Positions 55,788 to 64,000 of a stretch of 64,000 nt of DNA are shown here, piece by piece. Where the stretch lies: positions 68,750 to 132,749 of the forward strand of contig DHYV01000014.1 of assembly GCA_002414225.1 (NCBI GenBank), read 5' to 3'. The stretch comes from Desulfobulbaceae bacterium UBA5121 (GTDB lineage: Bacteria; Desulfobacterota; Desulfobulbia; Desulfobulbales; UBA5123). Under the pieces are notes generated by a model. It was not told the origin of the DNA, did no database searches, and worked only from the letters and a program-made list of their open reading frames with translations. Numbering within the stretch: the first letter of the stretch is position 1; each line of letters starts with the position of its first letter. Made by a program: the position numbers and the translations under genes.

Positions 55788-57017
55788 TTAGTGCCCGGCG
55801 CCCGCCATGGTCGGCAGGGTAAGCCGCACCGTGGTGCCGGAGGCCCCCAGCGGCGGCAGCGTCTTGCCGTTGAGGGTGAGGTGCGCGCCGCCGGCGTTAC
55901 CGATGTGCAGTTGGATGCGGTGGTCGGCCCGCCATTCCCATTGCTCGCCGGTTCGGAAGGTATAGTCCCGGACCGGGCCGTCATCGACCTGCACCTGTAG
56001 CCAAGTAAGTTCGGTAAAGTTGCCGACCAACAGGTAGGCGGCAGCGGTTGCCGGCGCGGTTGCCGGCAGCGCGGCCGACAGGCCAGGGGTGGCGGGCGGC
56101 GCGGTTGAGCCGGCCATGGCGGCAGCGGTTGCCGGCATCGCTGGCTGCGGCGCTTTCTGCCGCGGCAGCTGGGCAACCGGTGGGGCGGGAGGCGTGGCGA
56201 CGGGCTGGGGCGCCGCCGCGGCAGGCGGCGGGGTATCCCCGCTGGGCGAGGACGGCGCTGGTGCCGGGCGATTCAGCTGGATTTTTCGTTTGCTGGGAGC
56301 GATGACCAGACGCCCCTCCTGGGGGGGGGCAGTCGTTTCCGACTCAACGGTGGGTGGCGGGGAGACGGTGTTCCCCGAAGCAGGGGCCTCCGGGGAGGCG
56401 GGAAGGACACCGGTGGCCGGGGCTACAGGAGTCGTGGCCGCCTCGCCCTGGGATTTCTCCGGTGTTGCCGGTGGCAGGGCCTCTGCCGTGGTGGCCGGCG
56501 GCGCTGTCGATTCCTGCTGGACGCGTTCCGGCTCCGGCGTTGCCGGAGGCGGCGTAGCCGGCCGGTGGGACAGATAGCTGATTCCGGCCAGGATGAGCAG
56601 CAGGATCAGCAGGCCAATTTTTCGGCCAGGGGAAAGCGACCTCTCCCTGGCCATGGTGCTGCCGGGGAGAACGTGCTGGTCACGGCCCTGGCGTTCTGCG
56701 GAGTAGTCGGGGGGGCGTCGGCTGGCGGCCGGCAGGTGGAGGGAGAGGGCCTTCTGCGGGTCGAGCCCCAGGTGGCTGGCATAGATCTTGACAAAGCCGC
56801 GGACGAAAACGTCGGCTGGCAAATTGTCGTGGTCGTCCGCTTCCAGCGCCTGCAGGGTGGCGATGTGGATACAGGTGGTGGCCGCCACCGATTCAAGGGT
56901 GATATTCTTGTGGATCCTGGCGTGTTGGAGGTAGTGGCCCAGGGTTTCCTGGGGCGGCGCAGGGGGCTGCTGCTGTGAATCTTGTTCCGAATCCGTGCTT
57001 TGCGGGTGAATGGTCAT
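55788..57017 (-). CDS. rodZ: RodZ-like protein (HTH_25, TM, Pro/Ala linker, DUF4115)
   Basis: LGHYLQHAR...ALEADD...FVRGFVKIYA; TWLQVQVD, LHIGNAGG. Confidence 0.85.
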   Translation of the reverse strand: MTIHPQSTDSEQDSQQQPPAPPQETLGHYLQHARIHKNITLESVAATTCIHIATLQALEADDHDNLPADVFVRGFVKIYASHLGLDPQKALSLHLPAASRRPPDYSAERQGRDQHVLPGSTMARERSLSPGRKIGLLILLLILAGISYLSHRPATPPPATPEPERVQQESTAPPATTAEALPPATPEKSQGEAATTPVAPATGVLPASPEAPASGNTVSPPPTVESETTAPPQEGRLVIAPSKRKIQLNRPAPAPSSPSGDTPPPAAAAPQPVATPPAPPVAQLPRQKAPQPAMPATAAAMAGSTAPPATPGLSAALPATAPATAAAYLLVGNFTELTWLQVQVDDGPVRDYTFRTGEQWEWRADHRIQLHIGNAGGAHLTLNGKTLPPLGASGTTVRLTLPTMAGAGH

Positions 57018-57092
57018 CGATGCCTTCCTGGCTGGGAAAGGTTGTAGAACCTGGCCGGCATGGAGCGCCGAAAGAAGGAGACAGGTCTCGCA

Positions 57093-58079
57093 TTACAGGA
57101 GTTCTTTGATATTCGCCTGTTCGCGAAGCTGCTGGACCCATTTCTTGAAGTTCTGTTCGAGTTCCTCATCATAGAGTTTCCGGTGAATCTCGTCCTTCAC
57201 CGATTCGTAGGGGGCCGTGCCTCCTTTGCCGCTCAAGAGTTTGAAGAATTGAAAGGTGTCGGCGGTTTCCACCACCGCGCTTACTTCACCCGGCTTGACA
57301 TCGGCAAGGGCGGTACGCATGAAGGGGGCGATTTCATCCTGCTTGAACACCCCGATATCCCCTCCGTCCACCGCCGAGGGAAGCGTGGAGTTCTCCCTGG
57401 CGAGTTGTTGGAAGTCTCCGCCGGCCGCGGCCTTGTCGCGCAGTTCGTTGGCAAGCTTGCGGGCCTCTTCCCGGGTGCGGGGATGCCCGGGGTCTTCCCA
57501 GCCGATCCCCAGCTGCAGGATGTGGAGCCCTTTTTCGGTCGGGGCGGCGGCATAGTGGCTGTCGTAGTACGCCTTGGCCTTGTCGTCGGTGATCACCACC
57601 TTGGAGCGGACCTCGTAACTGACCAGCTTGGACTGCAGGATCTGCGCCCGGAGGGTGGCGCGGTAACGTTCTTCGGTGATGCCGCGCCGGCTGAGTTCGG
57701 CGACGAGGGCCGCCTCGGTGAGGCCCTGGCGGGTGAGCACCTCCTGAAAGGCGTTGGCCAGTTCCGCGTCGCTGACCGCGACCTGAAGTTGTTTGGCGCG
57801 TTGTTCGATGATCGTCTTGTCGATCAGTGAGGAGAGCACCTCCCGCCGGGCCTGGCGGAGCGCGGTTTCGGCCTGCATGGGAGGGGCTTCGTTCCGGATC
57901 TGTTTGAAGATCGGCGCCCCTTCTTCCTGGAGATCGCGCAGGGTGATTACGTCGTCATTGACAATGGCCACCACCCGGTCGACCACTTCGGTGCGGGCAA
58001 TGGACGGGCCGGCGAAGAGAAGGAGTCCGAGTATGGTCAGGAAAAATTTTGCCGAAAGGGAATGAGAGGACATCTGCAC
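57093..58079 (-). CDS. SurA-like periplasmic chaperone/PPIase
   Basis: VVDRVVAIVNDDVIT (SurA N-terminal), rotamase GGDIGVF; located between mfd and rodZ. Confidence 0.88.
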   Translation of the reverse strand: MQMSSHSLSAKFFLTILGLLLFAGPSIARTEVVDRVVAIVNDDVITLRDLQEEGAPIFKQIRNEAPPMQAETALRQARREVLSSLIDKTIIEQRAKQLQVAVSDAELANAFQEVLTRQGLTEAALVAELSRRGITEERYRATLRAQILQSKLVSYEVRSKVVITDDKAKAYYDSHYAAAPTEKGLHILQLGIGWEDPGHPRTREEARKLANELRDKAAAGGDFQQLARENSTLPSAVDGGDIGVFKQDEIAPFMRTALADVKPGEVSAVVETADTFQFFKLLSGKGGTAPYESVKDEIHRKLYDEELEQNFKKWVQQLREQANIKELL

Positions 58080-58158
58080 CTGCTGCGCCGTGTCGGAATT
58101 TTATGGTAATAATGCCGTATATTAAGCAATTAGGGGAATATCTAATCTTAGTATCATC

Positions 58159-61662
<3,504 letters not shown>

Positions 61663-61766
61663 GATCAGCAAGATACGAGAGGAAAGAGAGCGGGTTTGAC
61701 GTTCAACGGCGTTGCCGGGGCGGCGACCACCACCGGCCCCAATCGTTCCCTCTGAGTGCTTACGCG

Positions 61767-64000
61767 CTAGAAGGAGCCACCGACACTGAAGTCCCAGTTG
61801 CTGTGGGGCTCGTCCGAGGTCGGGTCAAGGTTGTAGCCCCACTCAAGACGCAGCGGCCCCATGGGGGACAGCCAGCGGAAGCCGTAGCCGATGCTCTTCT
61901 TGATATCGGCGAAGTCCCAACTTTGGTCGGTGTCGTAAACATTCCCGGCATCAAAGAAGACGAGGCCGCGGAGGCCGGCATCCTTGACCAGGGGGAAGAG
62001 GTATTCGAAGTTCGTGTACCACATCTTGTCCCCGCCGACGCGCTCGCCGGTCACCGGATCCTTGGGGCTGATGTGGCTGTTCTTGAAGCCGCGGATGGTG
62101 TTGAGGCCGCCCAGGTAGTAACGTTCGTAGACCGGCACGCCGCCATCGCTGTTGGCGGTGATGTAGCCGGCGGCAAGCTTCCAGTGGTAGACCGTATCCC
62201 AAAGCCACGGCCAGTACCAGCTGGTGGATCCCTCGACCTTGGTGAACTGGGCGTCGCCGCCAAGGACGCTGCCGGCGTATTTGGTGGAGATCACCTGGCG
62301 GGAGCCCTTGCTGGCGCCGTAGCGTTTGTCGCGGGTGTCGCGGGAGACGCCGACGTTGACGGAGCTGGTGGTCTCGATGGCCATGGAGTCGATGATGATC
62401 TGCGAGGCGTTGCTGCTGAGGTCGCTCAGGGTGGTGTCGTCCCAGCCATACCCCCAGAAGAGGTTCCATTTTTCCCAGATGGGGTAGCCGAAGCGGAACG
62501 CGAAACCGTCGGTGTGGCGGGTGTAGTCGTCGTATTCACGGCTCCAGTTGTAGAGGTCGAAGCCGAAGAGCAGCTGGGAGTCGTTCAGGTGCGGCTCGGT
62601 GAAGCTGAAGTTGTAACGCGAACTGCTGCCGCTGATGTCGGCCTGGAGGGCGAGCCGCTGGCCGAGGCCACGGAAGTTGTCCTGGCTCACCTCGCCCATG
62701 AACATCACGCTGTCCACCGAGCTGTAGCCGGCGCCGAGGCTGAAGGAGCCGGTGGCCTTTTCCTTGACGTCGACGTTGACGTCCATGAGGGTTTCGTCGG
62801 CAGTGGGCTGGGGCGTGACGTTGACCTCCTCGAAGAAGTCGAGCCGCTGCAGCCGCTCCTGGCTCTTTTTGATCCCCGAGGCATCGAAAATCGTCCCTTC
62901 CTTGACCTGCATCTCGCGGCGGATCACCTTGTCGCGGGTCCGGTCGTTGCCCTTGACCACGATGCGGTTGATGTGGACGAGATCACCCTTGGTGACGCGC
63001 AGGATCACACTGACCCGCTGGTTGGCGGGGTCTTTCTCCACCGAGGGCGTGACCTCGGCATAGGCGAACCCCTTGGCGGTGTAGTAGTCGGTGAGGGCAA
63101 GGACGTCGTTGCGAAGGGTTTCGCGGCTGAAGTAGCGATCCTCGCCCAGCTTGGTCTGGGCCAGCAGGGTGTCCTTATCGGCGATGAGGTCGCCGGTCAC
63201 GTCCACGGTGCCCACCATGTAGCGGGGGCCCTCCTGGACAGGGATGGTGATGTAGAGCCACTCCTCTTTCTGGTCCACTTCCGGCTGGCCGACCTTGGCG
63301 TCGATGTAGCCGTGGTTGTTGTAAAAGGCGCCGATCCGGGCCGCGTCCTGATCGAGCAACTCGCGTTTGAGGATGCCGGAGTCGGTGAACCAGGAGAAGA
63401 GACCGTGCTCCGAGGTCATCATCACCTTCTTGAGTTCCTTGTCGGTGAACGCCTTGTTGCCGGAGATGGTGATTTCCTTGATATAGGCCTTGAATCCTTC
63501 CTTGATGTGGAACTGGACGTTCACCCGGTCCGGGGTTGGGTAGGTGAGCTGGGAGGTCACCTCGGTGCGGTAGAATCCCTTGTCCTTGTAAAGTTTCTTG
63601 ATATTTTCCTCGGAGCTGCGCACTTCCTTGAAGTTGATGATATTGTTGGTGGCCACGGTGATGACCCCCTTGATGTCGTCACTCTTCAGCTCGTCCTCGC
63701 CGCTGAAGGTCACCGTGCCGATGACCGCCTTCTCCTTGACCTCGAAGGTTATCTTGATGCCCTTGTCGGTATCCTCGCGTTTGACCTGGACGTCATCAAA
63801 GTATCCCATCTGGAAGATGTGGCGCAGATCCTGATCGACTTCCGCGGCGTCATAACGGTCGCCGGCCCGGGCTTTGATCTTGTGGAGAATGGCGCCGGAA
63901 TCGATGCGCTTGTTGCCGGTGATCTCGACGGCGGCGTAGCGGTCGTGGCGGCCGGTATAGCCGGCAACCTCGTCGAGCAGCGCGCCGATGAGTTCCGCCG
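61767..64000 (-). CDS. bamA: Outer membrane protein assembly factor BamA, 5' end outside window
   Basis: POTRA repeats, TGSFSLGAGYS, YYLGGLNTIRGF, SPMGPLRLEWG, terminal Phe; frame stays open from 63809 to the window end. Confidence 0.96.
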   Translation of the reverse strand, partial: AELIGALLDEVAGYTGRHDRYAAVEITGNKRIDSGAILHKIKARAGDRYDAAEVDQDLRHIFQMGYFDDVQVKREDTDKGIKITFEVKEKAVIGTVTFSGEDELKSDDIKGVITVATNNIINFKEVRSSEENIKKLYKDKGFYRTEVTSQLTYPTPDRVNVQFHIKEGFKAYIKEITISGNKAFTDKELKKVMMTSEHGLFSWFTDSGILKRELLDQDAARIGAFYNNHGYIDAKVGQPEVDQKEEWLYITIPVQEGPRYMVGTVDVTGDLIADKDTLLAQTKLGEDRYFSRETLRNDVLALTDYYTAKGFAYAEVTPSVEKDPANQRVSVILRVTKGDLVHINRIVVKGNDRTRDKVIRREMQVKEGTIFDASGIKKSQERLQRLDFFEEVNVTPQPTADETLMDVNVDVKEKATGSFSLGAGYSSVDSVMFMGEVSQDNFRGLGQRLALQADISGSSSRYNFSFTEPHLNDSQLLFGFDLYNWSREYDDYTRHTDGFAFRFGYPIWEKWNLFWGYGWDDTTLSDLSSNASQIIIDSMAIETTSSVNVGVSRDTRDKRYGASKGSRQVISTKYAGSVLGGDAQFTKVEGSTSWYWPWLWDTVYHWKLAAGYITANSDGGVPVYERYYLGGLNTIRGFKNSHISPKDPVTGERVGGDKMWYTNFEYLFPLVKDAGLRGLVFFDAGNVYDTDQSWDFADIKKSIGYGFRWLSPMGPLRLEWGYNLDPTSDEPHSNWDFSVGGSF

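Overview
GC-rich bacterial chromosome segment, most likely Desulfobacterota/Desulfobulbales (inferred from the futalosine menaquinone pathway, a short Geobacter-type PutA and bamA-mfd-surA-rodZ-recO synteny). About 44 real protein genes; most long antisense ORFs in the track are codon-bias shadows. In order: CapD-like dehydratase (5' truncated); TetR plus futalosine menaquinone operon (mqnE, mqnC, amidohydrolase, mqnA, ubiE/menG, ubiX, UbiA-like) behind a perfect palindromic operator; parvulin PPIase and hypothetical genes; Fe-ADH plus a KdnA-like aminotransferase (candidate 8-amino-Kdo LPS modification); a c-di-GMP/signalling block (PilZ, EAL-HDOD, CheB, CheR, hybrid kinase with a methyl-accepting coiled coil, REC-PAS-PAS-GGDEF-EAL); rsmJ, kdsB, mdh, an enlarged YvcK, prmA-like, GAF-GAF-GGDEF, a J-domain protein, putA; an accessory stretch (DUF2235 with lectin-like tail, 5' fragment of a group IIC intron, MCP with a 675-bp internal duplication of a Cys-rich PAS); DUF475, AI-2E, frameshifted EamA, NSS transporter with an unannotated 33-aa small subunit; PhnD-like protein plus hybrid kinase; recO, rodZ, surA-like, mfd, bamA (5' truncated). 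A ~59-bp REP-like hairpin repeat starts 5 nt after a stop codon at two loci. No tRNA, rRNA, CRISPR array or intact transposase was seen. Family calls come from recognising motifs by eye, not from database searches.
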